From positions 448,001 to 512,000 of the forward strand of contig CAWAUV010000007.1 in NCBI GenBank assembly GCA_963785305.1: DNA of 64,000 bases, read 5' to 3'. The notes under the pieces were generated by a model, which was given only the letters and a program-made list of their open reading frames with translations, searched no databases and was not told the origin of the DNA. This document shows, piece by piece, positions 12,257 through 22,950 of this stretch; position 1 is the stretch's first letter, and every line of letters starts with the position of its first letter. Source of the DNA: an uncultured Planctomycetaceae bacterium (GTDB lineage: Bacteria > Planctomycetota > Planctomycetia > Pirellulales > PALSA-1355). Both the position numbers and the translations under genes were made by a program.

Positions 12257-12466
12257 CTCGTGAAATTCGGCGGGAGCTTAGCGGGCAGATGCAAGAAGGC
12301 GGGAAGGCAACGTTGTGCGGCGGCCGTGGAATTGCGCCCAAGGAACGGCGCCGGGCGTTGCTAGTGCTTCGATTCGAGGAAGTCGGGCCCTCTTTCTTGT
12401 TTACGTTCTGATGCGGAAATCGGTTCGCCGCGCGGTTCGCGAAATCATTGGTCGCAACTCGGAATC

Positions 12467-14050
12467 TCAACGCGCCGGCCGATGCGCAGAGCGCAACCGC
12501 CGCCAAGCGTCCTTGACCGAGCGATCCGATCCCGCCTCGGCCAATCGATCCGCGGGACAGGCGCCCGCCGCGGGATAGGCGCCGCTCGCGGCGGCGGGCG
12601 CCGGATTTCGATCAGACCGCGGCGCCGCGGCTCTGGGCGTTTTGCTCGCGGTCGGCTCGGCCAGCGGAGCTAGCATCGCGACCTCGGATTCGACCTCCAG
12701 GGCTTTGGACGGCTGGATCGTGAGAAATAGCCACGCGGCGCCGAGCATCAATCCGCCGAGCATGCTGCCCAGCACAATGGTCGTCTTGCCCGGCGGCAAG
12801 GGACGGGAGCCGGTGTCGGGCAGGTCCACCAGGTTCAGCAAGCTGGCCTGCTGAGCGGCGGCCTGCGTGGCCCGCGCTTCGCTGAGCTCGAGCTGCGCTG
12901 TTTTCAGAATCTCGGTGTAGTGCTTCGTCATGGAGACCAAGTTGGCATAGTTGGCGCGAACATCGGCCACATATTGCCGGCGAGCCACCACACTGTCGAG
13001 TTGTTCGTTGAGCGTCTTCGAGCGACTCTCCGCGAGTCGCACCTCGGCTTCGGTTCCCTTGATGGCGATCGCCAACTCGTCGTGCAAGTGCTGGCGAATC
13101 TCGTGCTCGGCTTCCGTGGCCGCTTGCACCAGCGGATGCGCCGACGCCATCATGCCTTGCAATTTGGCCGAACTGATCTGCGCGTCGACCAAGCCTTCCT
13201 TCAGTCGCTTGAGGCCGGGCTGCAAGTCCAGGAGCCGGGTGGAACTGGCCAGCAGGCGAGACGGATCATCTTGGCTTTCCTTCAGCATTTTCAGGAGGTT
13301 TTGGCTCGACTTGAGCACGTTTTGCTGAGCGCGAAGCTCGGTCTCGAGATCGACCGTCATCTTGCGAAGATCGCTTTCGCCCGAAGGCGATTCGTTGAGC
13401 ATTCGCAGTTCGGCGAGATCATGGCCGACCGAGGATTCAAGCTTGGTGAGCGTGGCGGTCGAGGCCTCGAGGTCGGCCTGGGCCAGCGACACGGTTTTGA
13501 TGAGCTCGTTGATCACGCCCTGGGCCTGGGTCTTCCGTAGTTCCTCGAAACGTTCTTGCAGATTGCGGCCCAGGGCCGACGCCAGCGCGATCGCCCGTTG
13601 GCGATCATTGGCTTGCGCCTTGAGATAAAACAGCTCCGTTTTGCCGAACTCGGCCCCCTTGGGCGGCGCCAATTTCGCGGCGTCTTGAAGTTCTTCGATG
13701 TCTTGGGCCGTGGGCCATTGCGCCGGGTCGCGGGAATAATTCGCCGGCGGTCCGACTTCGGTGAGCGTGCGCTCGAGCACTCCGCGGCTGTGGCTCAGCT
13801 CGAGGATCGTCTCTTGCACCGTCTTCATCGCGTCGAGCTGGCCAAAGTGGCCGGGCCGGGCCGTGCGTCCGCCGCCGGCCTCGTCGCGCACGATCATCGC
13901 TTGGCTGGCTTCCCAAGTCGGAGTGCGAACCAGCGCCGCCACGAGCCCGAGGATGCCCGTCGCGAGGGCCGGCGCCAGCAGCCGCCAAGGATGGCGTTTG
14001 ATGGCGTCGAACACGTCGCGCGGATGAATCGGAGCGGTAAGAGCAGTCAT
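12467..14050 (-). CDS. Polysaccharide chain-length determinant / GumC (Wzz/Wzc-N)-like protein
   Basis: N-terminal TM plus TPTWEASQAMIV, long coiled coil with MASAHPLV, VDLPD..P followed by a C-terminal TM; no tyrosine-kinase domain; next to EPS genes. Confidence 0.78.
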   Translation of the reverse strand: MTALTAPIHPRDVFDAIKRHPWRLLAPALATGILGLVAALVRTPTWEASQAMIVRDEAGGGRTARPGHFGQLDAMKTVQETILELSHSRGVLERTLTEVGPPANYSRDPAQWPTAQDIEELQDAAKLAPPKGAEFGKTELFYLKAQANDRQRAIALASALGRNLQERFEELRKTQAQGVINELIKTVSLAQADLEASTATLTKLESSVGHDLAELRMLNESPSGESDLRKMTVDLETELRAQQNVLKSSQNLLKMLKESQDDPSRLLASSTRLLDLQPGLKRLKEGLVDAQISSAKLQGMMASAHPLVQAATEAEHEIRQHLHDELAIAIKGTEAEVRLAESRSKTLNEQLDSVVARRQYVADVRANYANLVSMTKHYTEILKTAQLELSEARATQAAAQQASLLNLVDLPDTGSRPLPPGKTTIVLGSMLGGLMLGAAWLFLTIQPSKALEVESEVAMLAPLAEPTASKTPRAAAPRSDRNPAPAAASGAYPAAGACPADRLAEAGSDRSVKDAWRRLRSAHRPAR

Positions 14051-14477
14051 AACGATTCCACCGTTTTTGGGAATGCAGCCACGATCGTGAGCAGGGCCGT
14101 GGCGCGAGCCGACATCGCGGCCAAGCGCCCGATAGCAAGAGGACCGGGGAAACCGAGAACACGACCGCTAGCTTAAGCCTAGCCCACGGCGGCGGACACA
14201 CGGCCAAAAAATCATCGGTCCCGCCTCTTTCGCGCGATTATTCAATCAGAATCATCTACTTCATTGGTATTCGTTGTGGTCGCGAACCGCCTCGATGCGC
14301 GAAAAACGTGTTCCGAATCGGACTTGCGGTTCGCGAATCGAACTTGCGTTTGACCATTTGTGACCGACACTTACACGTCGTTTGCGCGCGGCGCCTGTCA
14401 ACCGCCCCGCGCTCCCGCGACGATTTCGATCGTCGATCCGCCGTGTTTGCAAATTCACAGAAGGCTGCCTCACGCTC

Positions 14478-15668
14478 GTGGCCACCATCGCCAACCAACG
14501 CCTGTTCGTTGCCCGGCTTCCCCTGGAGTCGCTGTGCGAGGAACTGCGCGCCCAATGGAACGCGTTGGCCGGAGAGATTCCGTTTCGACGCTTGGAGTGG
14601 CTCGAAAGCTGGTGGCGGGCCTATGGACTCGCGCCCCACAATCGCGACCGCGAGCTCTTTACGCTGGCGGTCGTGGCCGACGGGCGACTCATCGGCCTTG
14701 CTCCCTGGTATCGCGAATATAGTCCCACGACCGGCCGCGCCATCCGCTTTCTGGGCGCGGGCGAAGCGTGCTCCGAATATCCCGGCCTGCTGGCGGCCGA
14801 AGGTCGCGAAGGCGAAGTCGGCGCGGCGCTTGCCGACGCGATCACCGGCCGTGAAAGCGCGGGCCACGGCGCCGCCATCGTCGACAATGGCTGGGATATG
14901 CTCGAACTCAAAAGCGCCCGGCCCGGCGATATCGTCAATGAAGCGTTTCTCCACCGGCTCGAAGCCAAGGGCTGCCGCGTGCATCGCCGGGCCGGGCCGC
15001 CTTGCTGGCGCATCGAACTGCCGCCCTCGTGGAACGATTATTTGAGTCGCCTCAGTCATTCGCATCGCAAGCAGGCCCGCCGCATCGTGCGCCGCTACTT
15101 CGACACCGGCCGCGCCCGCGTGCATAGCGCCGCCGACTCGAGCGGCTTGGCCCGTGGGCTCGCGTTGCTCAAGGACTTGCACCAGCGCCGCTGGCAAAGC
15201 CGCCGCGAGTCGGGCTGTTTTACGAGTCCGCGCTTCGCGGCGTTCATCGATCACGCGGCGGTCCGACAGCTTGCGGCCGGCAATTTGAGCCTGCATTGGC
15301 TCGAGCTCGATGGCTCTCCGATCGCGGCCGAATACCATTTGGCGAGTCCGCGGAGCGTGTATGCCTATCAATCGGGCATCGATCCCGCGGCGCTCGAGCA
15401 CGACCCAGGCCGCATGATCACGCTGGCGCTGATCCGCCAAGCGATCGACCGCCGCATGGAAACCTACGATTTCCTCCGGGGCGACGAGCCCTATAAATCG
15501 CACTTTCGCGCCACGCCCTCCGAAGTCGCCGATGTGCGCGTCGCTTCGGTCGGCGCCACGGCTCGACTGCGCGACGGCCTTTGGTTGGCGCACGACAACA
15601 TGAAACACTGGCTGAAAACCGGCCTGGGACTGGCCGCCGCGCCGTGCATGACGCGCTCGCTGTCCTAG
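14478..15668 (+). CDS. CelD/BcsL-like GNAT acetyltransferase (start uncertain)
   Basis: PFRRLEWLESWWRAYG, LIGLAPW, LPPSWNDYL, YAYQSGIDP, YDFLRGDEPYK. Confidence 0.85.
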   Translation: MATIANQRLFVARLPLESLCEELRAQWNALAGEIPFRRLEWLESWWRAYGLAPHNRDRELFTLAVVADGRLIGLAPWYREYSPTTGRAIRFLGAGEACSEYPGLLAAEGREGEVGAALADAITGRESAGHGAAIVDNGWDMLELKSARPGDIVNEAFLHRLEAKGCRVHRRAGPPCWRIELPPSWNDYLSRLSHSHRKQARRIVRRYFDTGRARVHSAADSSGLARGLALLKDLHQRRWQSRRESGCFTSPRFAAFIDHAAVRQLAAGNLSLHWLELDGSPIAAEYHLASPRSVYAYQSGIDPAALEHDPGRMITLALIRQAIDRRMETYDFLRGDEPYKSHFRATPSEVADVRVASVGATARLRDGLWLAHDNMKHWLKTGLGLAAAPCMTRSLS

Positions 15669-15721
15669 GAATCACACCCACAAAAACGTTTCGACCTTCC
15701 GCGATACACGACGAGACTTCG

Positions 15722-17000
15722 ATGAACGGCCTCGAACAACCCACGAGCCCAACCGCGAAGAACGATAGCCCGCTCGCGTGGCTCGGCGGGGCCGCGCCAC
15801 TCGGTCTGGCCGGGAGCTCGACTCCGGCTGACCTCGCGACTCGCGCGCTCTCGGTCTGGCCGGCCAGTTCGTTCGCGGAACTGTCGGAGGCCTGGGACAT
15901 GCTGGCCGCTGGGCGACCTTTTTGCGCTCGCGAATGGCTGGAGCCCTGGTGGCGACATTTTGGGCGTGGCAAGCAGTTGTTCGTGCTCGCGGTCTCCAAC
16001 GCGCAACAAGAAATCGTGGCCATCGCCCCTTGGTGCATCGAACGCTCGGCCATCGCGGGCCGCGTCGCGCGCTTCCTGGGCTGCGGCGTGGTGTGCTCCG
16101 ATTATCTCACGATTCCCTGCCGCCCGGAGCATGAGTCCTCGGCAGTCGAACGCGCTCGTCGATTTTCTTACCGGTCCGGCCGGGGATGCCTGGGATTTGA
16201 TCGAGCTCTCGGGCGTCGATGCGCAAGACCCGCGGATTCGGCGATTGGTGGCGGGGCTCGCCGCGGCTGGGCGACGGGTCGATGAGCAAGCCGATCAACA
16301 TTGTTGGCGCGCGGAATTGCCCGCCGCTTGGGACACCTTCCTGGCCGGCCTTTCGGCGTCGCGGCGCCAGCGCACGCGCTCGCTCTTGCGCAAGGCGTTT
16401 GACTCGGGACGAGCGAGATTGGCCTGGGTCGTGACCCGAGAGCAGCTTGATCGCGGATTCGAGATTCTGGTCGATCTGCATACGCGTCGTCGCCGGAGCT
16501 TGGGCCAAGAAGGGTGTTTCGCGGTGGCTGGGTTCGGTGAATTCTTGCGCGAAGCGGCGGAAGCCATGCTCGCGACCGGTCGGCTGCGGATGTTCTGGCT
16601 CGAGCTCGATGGTCGGCCGATCGCGGTGGAACTCGGCATGGTCGGCGATGGCGTGGTGCATTACTACCAGGGCGGCATCGATCCCGAGGCCGCCGACGAG
16701 CGGCCGGGCTGGTTGAGCTTTGCCGCATCGCTCCGCACGGCAATCGAAGATGGCCTCGTGGCCTACGACTTTCTTCGCGGCGACGAGGCTTACAAGGCAT
16801 CGTGGAACGCGAAGCCGTGTCCGATGGCCGAGTTTCGCATCGTGTCGCCGCGCCGCTCGGCACGGCTCCGCGATGGCCTCTATCGTTTTCACAAAATGTG
16901 CAAACGACATGCGCGGCGCTGGCTTGGGGCCGGCGCGGCGCTGCGCTGGCCGCCCGCCGCCGGATACGCGCCTGGCCAATCGTCGGACTCGCCCGAATAG
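15722..17000 (+). CDS. Second CelD/BcsL-like GNAT acetyltransferase, frameshift near 16150
   Basis: PFCAREWLEPWWRHFG..VCSDYL in the 15581 frame; LPAAWDTFL, YYQGGIDP, YDFLRGDEAYK in the 15960 frame. Confidence 0.82.
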
Positions 17001-17065
17001 AAACGAACAGGGACAACCCCCAGGTCGACCCCGCATCCGACCGCTGTCCACACGGTTTGAGACGC

Positions 17066-17932
17066 ATGATTTCCTTCCGATCGCTATTACTGAATTTGTA
17101 TTACCGGTTCCAGTATCCGGGCCGGTTGCTCGTCAACGCGCAGCGCGCCGCCGAGGGCAACTTGCCGGTGATGGTGCTGGCCTATCATCGCGTGGCCGAC
17201 GATCGCGCCACGGATTGGACCCAATCGAATCGGTCGTTCGAAAAGCAAATGCGCTGGCTCAAGCGGCACTTCGAAATGGTGTCGCTGGCCGAGGCCCAGC
17301 GGCGGATTCGCGCCGGACACAATTCACGTCCCACGGTGAGTGTCACCTTCGACGATGGCTATGCCGCCAATTGCGACTTCGCGATTCCGTTTCTCCTCGC
17401 CGAGAATATTCCCTGCACCTACTTCGTCACCAGCAGCGTGGTGATCGATGGCGGGACCTTCATTCACGACGCGCACATCGGCAAGCGACTCGCGCCCAAC
17501 ACCGCCGCGCAGATTCGCGAAATGGTGGCGGCCGGCATCGAGATCGGCAACCACAGTCTCACGCATCCGAATTTCGGCGCGATCACCGATCCGCGTCGCG
17601 TGTACCGGGAAGTCGTCGTCTCGGGAGAAAAACTGGCCGATCTCATGGGCAAGCCGGTTCGCTATTTCGCCTTTCCCTATGGACATCATCAGAACCTCAA
17701 CGCCAGCGTGTTCGGGCTCGCCAAGGAACATGGATACGAAGCGGTCTGCTCGGCTTATGGCGGCTTCAATTTTCCGGGCGACGACGCCTTTCATTTACAG
17801 CGAATCATGGCCGACGAGGAATTCGTGCGGCTCAAGAACTGGATGACGATCGACCCTCGTAAACTCACCTCGGTCGCGCGGTTCGAATACCGCGAGGATC
17901 TTATGGCGGCGACCGAAGGGGTGCTGCAATGA
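17066..17932 (+). CDS. Polysaccharide deacetylase (NodB/CE4)
   Basis: VLAYHRV, VTFDDGY, EIGNHSLTH, FAFPYG. Confidence 0.92.
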   Translation: MISFRSLLLNLYYRFQYPGRLLVNAQRAAEGNLPVMVLAYHRVADDRATDWTQSNRSFEKQMRWLKRHFEMVSLAEAQRRIRAGHNSRPTVSVTFDDGYAANCDFAIPFLLAENIPCTYFVTSSVVIDGGTFIHDAHIGKRLAPNTAAQIREMVAAGIEIGNHSLTHPNFGAITDPRRVYREVVVSGEKLADLMGKPVRYFAFPYGHHQNLNASVFGLAKEHGYEAVCSAYGGFNFPGDDAFHLQRIMADEEFVRLKNWMTIDPRKLTSVARFEYREDLMAATEGVLQ

Positions 17933-19617
17933 GCTTGGTGGCTGAAGCACTCGCGATCGAACCGAATCCGCGCGGCGACGCGTCCGCGGTGGGAGCATGC
18001 CTCGGGGAGGCGGCCGGCGGCGAAGCGGGCTGCGCCGATGAGTCGTCGCCGGTTCCCGTCGCGACCGCTCGTGGCCGGGTTCAGGTGAGCACGCTGGCCG
18101 AGAGCGTGGTGATACTGCTCGTGATGACGGTGCTCCAGCGGCTGATCGGCTTTGGACGTGGCATGCTATTTTGTCGCTGGCTCGACACCGAACAACTCGG
18201 CCTGTGGGACGTGGCCTATGGGTTTTTGAACCTCGCGGCGCCGGTCGTGGTGCTCGGGCTGCCGGGCTCCTTTGGGCGCTATGTCGAGTATTACCGCCAG
18301 CGCGGACAATTGCGGACGTTTCTCGCGAGGATCATCGGATTCACGCTCGCGGCGATGACCGCCTCGACGGCGGCGATCTTGGCGCTGCGCGGCGAAGTCG
18401 GCCAAATCGTGTTCAATCGGCCGGATCAGGGCAGCCTGATTTTTTGGCTCGCGGTGGCGATGTGTGGCGTGATCGCGTTCAACACCGTCACCTTGCTGCT
18501 CATTGCCCTGCGGTTGCATCGGTTGGTGAATCACCTCCAATTCTTTCAAAGCCTGGGTTTCGCCGGCTTGAGCCTGGCGCTGTTCGTCGGCTGGCAAATG
18601 TCGGCCGGCGCGGCGCTCCTGGCTTTTGGAATTTCATCGCTCGTCTGCGCCACCGCCACGCTGGGCCGCATGGGCCAAGTGTGGCAAGAAGCGCCCGCGG
18701 CCGAGGAAACGCTCTCGCATCGGGCGATGTGGGTGCGCGTGATGCCCTTCGCGCTCTGGATGTGGGTAAACAACGCGCTCTACAACCTGTTCGATCTGGT
18801 CGACCGCTATATGCTGTTGCACACCAGCGGCCTCGAGCCGCATGAGGCCCTGCGCCAGGTGGGCAACTATCACACGTCGCGCATTTTACCGGTGCTCATG
18901 ATGAGCGTCGCCGCGCTGCTCGGCTCGATGCTCACGCCGCACTTGAGCCACGACTGGGAACTCGGCCGCCGGCGCGAAGTCTGCGACCGGCTCAACATGG
19001 CGCTCAAGCTGCTCTCGCTCGCCCTGCTCGCCGCCGGCGTGGGCGCGTTGCTCGTGGCCCCGGCGCTGTTTTACCATGGCTTCGAAAACAAATACGCCGC
19101 CGGACTCGCGGTGTTGCCCTGGACGCTCACCTATTGTTCGTGGTTCGGGCTGTTCGCCGTCGCCCAGAATTATCTTTGGTGCGCCGAGCGGGCGGGCCGC
19201 GCGAGCCTCGCGCTCTTGCTCGGACTAATGCTCAACGTGGCGCTGAACTATGTGTTTCTCCCGTTGTGGGGTTTGCATGGCGCCGTCTGGGCCGCGACCG
19301 TGGCCAATGGCTTCACGCTCGCCGCCGTCTATTTGTTTTGCGCCGCCTCGGGCATGCGGGTGCATCGCGGCACATGGCTGCTCTCGCTCGCCCCGATCAC
19401 GCTCGGCGCCGGCTGGCCGCTGGCGCTGCCGATCTTGCTTGTGCTGGCGACTCTCGCCGCGTCGACCGAGTGGCTGTTCAATGCCCCTGAAAAAGCCGAG
19501 ATGACCGAAGCGCTTCGGGGCCTCGCGGCGCGGCTCGCCAAACTTCGCCGCCGCGATCCAGACGCCACGAACCTCGATTCGCTCCCCACCGTTTCCTCGA
19601 ATCAAACCCCGAACTGA
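17929..19617 (+). CDS. Wzx-like oligosaccharide flippase
   Basis: About 12-14 hydrophobic segments, LGLPGSFGRY, VDRYML, LPLWGLHGAVWAA; ATGA overlap with the deacetylase. Confidence 0.82.
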   Translation: MSLVAEALAIEPNPRGDASAVGACLGEAAGGEAGCADESSPVPVATARGRVQVSTLAESVVILLVMTVLQRLIGFGRGMLFCRWLDTEQLGLWDVAYGFLNLAAPVVVLGLPGSFGRYVEYYRQRGQLRTFLARIIGFTLAAMTASTAAILALRGEVGQIVFNRPDQGSLIFWLAVAMCGVIAFNTVTLLLIALRLHRLVNHLQFFQSLGFAGLSLALFVGWQMSAGAALLAFGISSLVCATATLGRMGQVWQEAPAAEETLSHRAMWVRVMPFALWMWVNNALYNLFDLVDRYMLLHTSGLEPHEALRQVGNYHTSRILPVLMMSVAALLGSMLTPHLSHDWELGRRREVCDRLNMALKLLSLALLAAGVGALLVAPALFYHGFENKYAAGLAVLPWTLTYCSWFGLFAVAQNYLWCAERAGRASLALLLGLMLNVALNYVFLPLWGLHGAVWAATVANGFTLAAVYLFCAASGMRVHRGTWLLSLAPITLGAGWPLALPILLVLATLAASTEWLFNAPEKAEMTEALRGLAARLAKLRRRDPDATNLDSLPTVSSNQTPN

Positions 19618-19619
19618 AC

Positions 19620-20863
19620 ATGCTCAACCCAAAACGACAATCGCCGACCCCGCTGGCCGATCGTGGCCCGCTGCGCGTGATGTTTCTCAATACCTCGCTC
19701 GTCGTGGGCGGAGCCGAAACCTTGCTGGTCGATCTGGTGCGCCGACTCGATCGCGAGCGGTTCTTGCCGGAGATCGCGTGTCTCAAGACCCCCGGCCCAC
19801 TGGGCGAAATGCTCGCGCGCGAGATGCCGGTTCACAGCGGATTCTTGCGATCGAAGTTCGACGCGCGCGTGCTCAAGCGACTCACGCGACTGTGCATCGA
19901 GCGCCGGGTCGACGCCGTGGTCACGGTGGGCGCCGGCGACAAGATGTTCTGGGGCCGGCTCGCCGCTTGGCGCGCCGGGGTCCCGGTCGTGCTTTCCGCC
20001 TTGCATTCGACCGGCTGGCCCGATTCGATCGGCCGCTTGAATCGCTGGCTCACTCCGCTGACCGATGCGTTCATCGGCGTCGCTCCGGCGCATGGCGGAT
20101 ATTTGATCGAGCGCGAGCGATTCCCGGCGGCCAAAGTCCGCGTGATTCCCAATGGCGTCGATGTCGAACGCTTTGCCCAGCGCGGCGAGCGCGACTCGCT
20201 CCGCCGCTCGCTCGGAATCGAGGCCGACGCCCCGGTGGCGGCGATCGTGGCGGCGCTGCGGCCCGAAAAAAATCACGCGATGTTTCTCGAAGCCGCGGCG
20301 CAAGTGCGCGCGCGGCGCCGGGGGCAAGGTTCCTGATCGTGGGCGATGGCGATCTGCGCCTCGGGCTCGAGCAACTCGCGCACGGCTTGGGGCTTGGCGA
20401 CGCGGTGCTGTTTCTTGGCTCGCGGAAGGATGTGCCGGCCGTGCTCGCGGCGGCGGATATCTTCGTGCTCACCTCGCGCACCGAGGCGAGCCCGGTCTCG
20501 ATTTTGGAAGCGATGGCGGCTGGCAAGCCGGTGGTGGCCCCTCGCGTGGGCTCGATCGCCGAATCGGTGGCCGACGGCGTGACCGGTTACCTGACCACGC
20601 CGGGTTCGGCCGAGGAAACGTCCCGACGCATCGTATCGCTGATGCTCGACCCCGTTGGCGCCGCGCGAATGGGCGCCGCCGGCAGCGAGGCGGTGCGGCG
20701 GCATGGCTCGCTCGAACGCATGGTCGAAGGCTACCAAGACCTGATCGCCGAGATCTACGCCTCGAAATGCCGCGGCGGCGCTGGGGGCGCCAAGCGGCCC
20801 GAAAGCGCGCTGGGCAAGCCTGAGATGCTCGCCGAAGGCGCGGCGTCGCTCGAGCCGACGTAG
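19620..20863 (+). CDS. Glycosyltransferase family 4 (GT-B), frameshift near 20320
   Basis: GGAETLL, VIPNGVD, ALRPEKNH; then FLIVGDG, TEASPVSILEAMAAGKPVVA in the 19778 frame. Confidence 0.9.
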
Positions 20864-21068
20864 AATCGGCTCATGGCGTTTTTGTTGACCCAATCCCAGG
20901 CAAACGACGAATCCTGGCAAAACGGCAAACATTTCGCGGGACTATGCGGCCCGCGCCGGCGGCGGTATTATCGGCGCTGCTTGGCGCCGCCGCCCTGTTG
21001 CCCGGCGCCTCGCCGGCGCCTCGCCGGCGCCGGAATCCCGTGCTCTCGAGCGACGAATTCATTTTCCC

Positions 21069-21668
21069 ATGACCGGAACCCTGCTGGCGGTGATCGCGCG
21101 GCTGCTTAGCGGCGCCAGCGTGCGTTGGATCGACTGCCAGCCCGACACGCGGCAGCGCATCTACTTCGCCAACCACACCAGCCATCTCGACGCCGTGGTG
21201 CTCTGGTCGTCGCTGCCGCAGCCCTTGCGGGCCCTGGTGCGGCCGGTGGCGGCCAAGGACTACTGGAACAGCGGCGGAGTGCGACGCTACCTGGCTCGCA
21301 CTTTCAATGCCCTCCTGATCGACCGCACCGATATCAAGGTGCATCAAAGCCCGGTCGATGTGATGCTACGCGAGATTGGCGACCGGTATTCGCTGATCGT
21401 GTTTCCCGAGGGGAGTCGCAACACTGGTTCGGAAATCAATGAGTTCAAGAGCGGCCTCTTTTATCTGGCCAAGAAGCGGCCCGACTTGGAGCTGGTGCCG
21501 GTGCATATCGACAATCTCAATCGGGTGCTCCCGCGCGGCGAGTTCTTGCCGGTTCCGCTGTTGAGTTGCATTAGTTTCGGACCACCGCTGAAACTGGCGA
21601 CCGGCGAACCGAAGGCTGAATTTCTCCGCCGCGCGCGAGAGGCGGTGCGACGGCTCAAGGATTTGTGA
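21069..21668 (+). CDS. Lysophospholipid (PlsC-like) acyltransferase
   Basis: ANHTSHLD (HX4D), VAAKDYW, VFPEGSR. Confidence 0.9.
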   Translation: MTGTLLAVIARLLSGASVRWIDCQPDTRQRIYFANHTSHLDAVVLWSSLPQPLRALVRPVAAKDYWNSGGVRRYLARTFNALLIDRTDIKVHQSPVDVMLREIGDRYSLIVFPEGSRNTGSEINEFKSGLFYLAKKRPDLELVPVHIDNLNRVLPRGEFLPVPLLSCISFGPPLKLATGEPKAEFLRRAREAVRRLKDL

Positions 21669-21811
21669 AACTTGCGGCGGGGCCTGTGCGAGCAATCGCC
21701 GGCGAGTATCATGAACGGGCGCGGCGGCTCGGCGTCGGACACGATTCCTCGCTCGGCCGCGGCACTCGCTCGCGACATCCCTCGCCGCTTTCCCCGGAGT
21801 TCCCGCTGCCC

Positions 21812-22837
21812 ATGAAGGCCATCGTTCTCGAACGTCCGCTTGAGTTTTCGCTGCACGAGGTTCCCGAGCCCGCGGCCCCGGCCGCCGGCGAAGCGCGCGT
21901 GCGCGTGCATCGCGTCGGCATTTGCGGCTCCGACATCAGTGGTTATCTCGGCAAGATGCCGTTCTACAGCTATCCGCGCATTCCAGGCCACGAGCTCGGG
22001 GTCGAGGTCCTGGCCGTGGGACCGGAGGTTTCGAACATCAAGCCGGGCGATCGCTGTTCGGTCGAGCCGTATATGAATTGTCAGCAGTGCTTGGCCTGCC
22101 GCCGCGGTTCCGGCAATTGCTGCGAAAAACTGCAGGTGCTGGGCGTGCATACCGATGGCGGCATGCGTCCCGAGTTCAACCTGCCGGCCCGCAAACTGCA
22201 CCCTTCGGCCACGCTCTCGCTCGATCAACTGGCGCTGGTCGAGACACTCGCGATCGGCTGCCACGCGGTGAATCGCGGCGCACCGCAAGCCGGCGAACAT
22301 GCGCTCGTGATCGGCGCCGGGCCGATCGGACTGTCGGTGATCGAATTCCTGAAGCTAGCCGGAGTCGAGATCACGGTGCTCGATCTGAACACCCGGCGAC
22401 TCGACTTCTGCAAACACACGATGGGCGTCCACCACACGGTGCAATCGCAAACCGATGGCGGTGAAACCGCGGAGCTTCAGCGCATCACGAACAACGAGCT
22501 CCACACGCTCGTGATCGACGCCACCGGCTCCTCGCGATCGATGTCGGCCGCGTTTCATTTTGTCGGACACACCGGCCGGCTGGTCTATGTGGGCATCGTG
22601 ACCGACGAGATTCATTTCCCCGACCCGCTGTTGCACCGCCGCGAGATGACGCTTTACGCCTCGCGCAACGCGCTGCCGACGGACTTCACGCGGATCATCA
22701 AACTGATCGAAACCGGCCAGATCGATACCCGACCCTGGATCACGCATCGCACGCCATTCGCGGAGCTAATCGGCAATTTCGCCTCATATGCGAGCCCCGA
22801 GACCGGCGTCATCAAAGCCATGGTCGAAATCACCTGA
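21812..22837 (+). CDS. Zinc-binding alcohol dehydrogenase (sugar-acid dehydrogenase, YjjN/LgoD-like)
   Basis: GICGSD, PRIPGHELG, structural Zn motif CQQCLACRRGSGNCC, GAGPIG, SRNA. Confidence 0.88.
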   Translation: MKAIVLERPLEFSLHEVPEPAAPAAGEARVRVHRVGICGSDISGYLGKMPFYSYPRIPGHELGVEVLAVGPEVSNIKPGDRCSVEPYMNCQQCLACRRGSGNCCEKLQVLGVHTDGGMRPEFNLPARKLHPSATLSLDQLALVETLAIGCHAVNRGAPQAGEHALVIGAGPIGLSVIEFLKLAGVEITVLDLNTRRLDFCKHTMGVHHTVQSQTDGGETAELQRITNNELHTLVIDATGSSRSMSAAFHFVGHTGRLVYVGIVTDEIHFPDPLLHRREMTLYASRNALPTDFTRIIKLIETGQIDTRPWITHRTPFAELIGNFASYASPETGVIKAMVEIT

Positions 22838-22950
22838 GGCGCGCCCGCCGCCGCGATGTTCGACCAGCGCGCCACCCGAGCCCCGCGGCGGCAATCGCGC
22901 TCGGTGGTCGTCGTGGATTCATGCAATGGAAAATAACCGGCGCCGAATGC

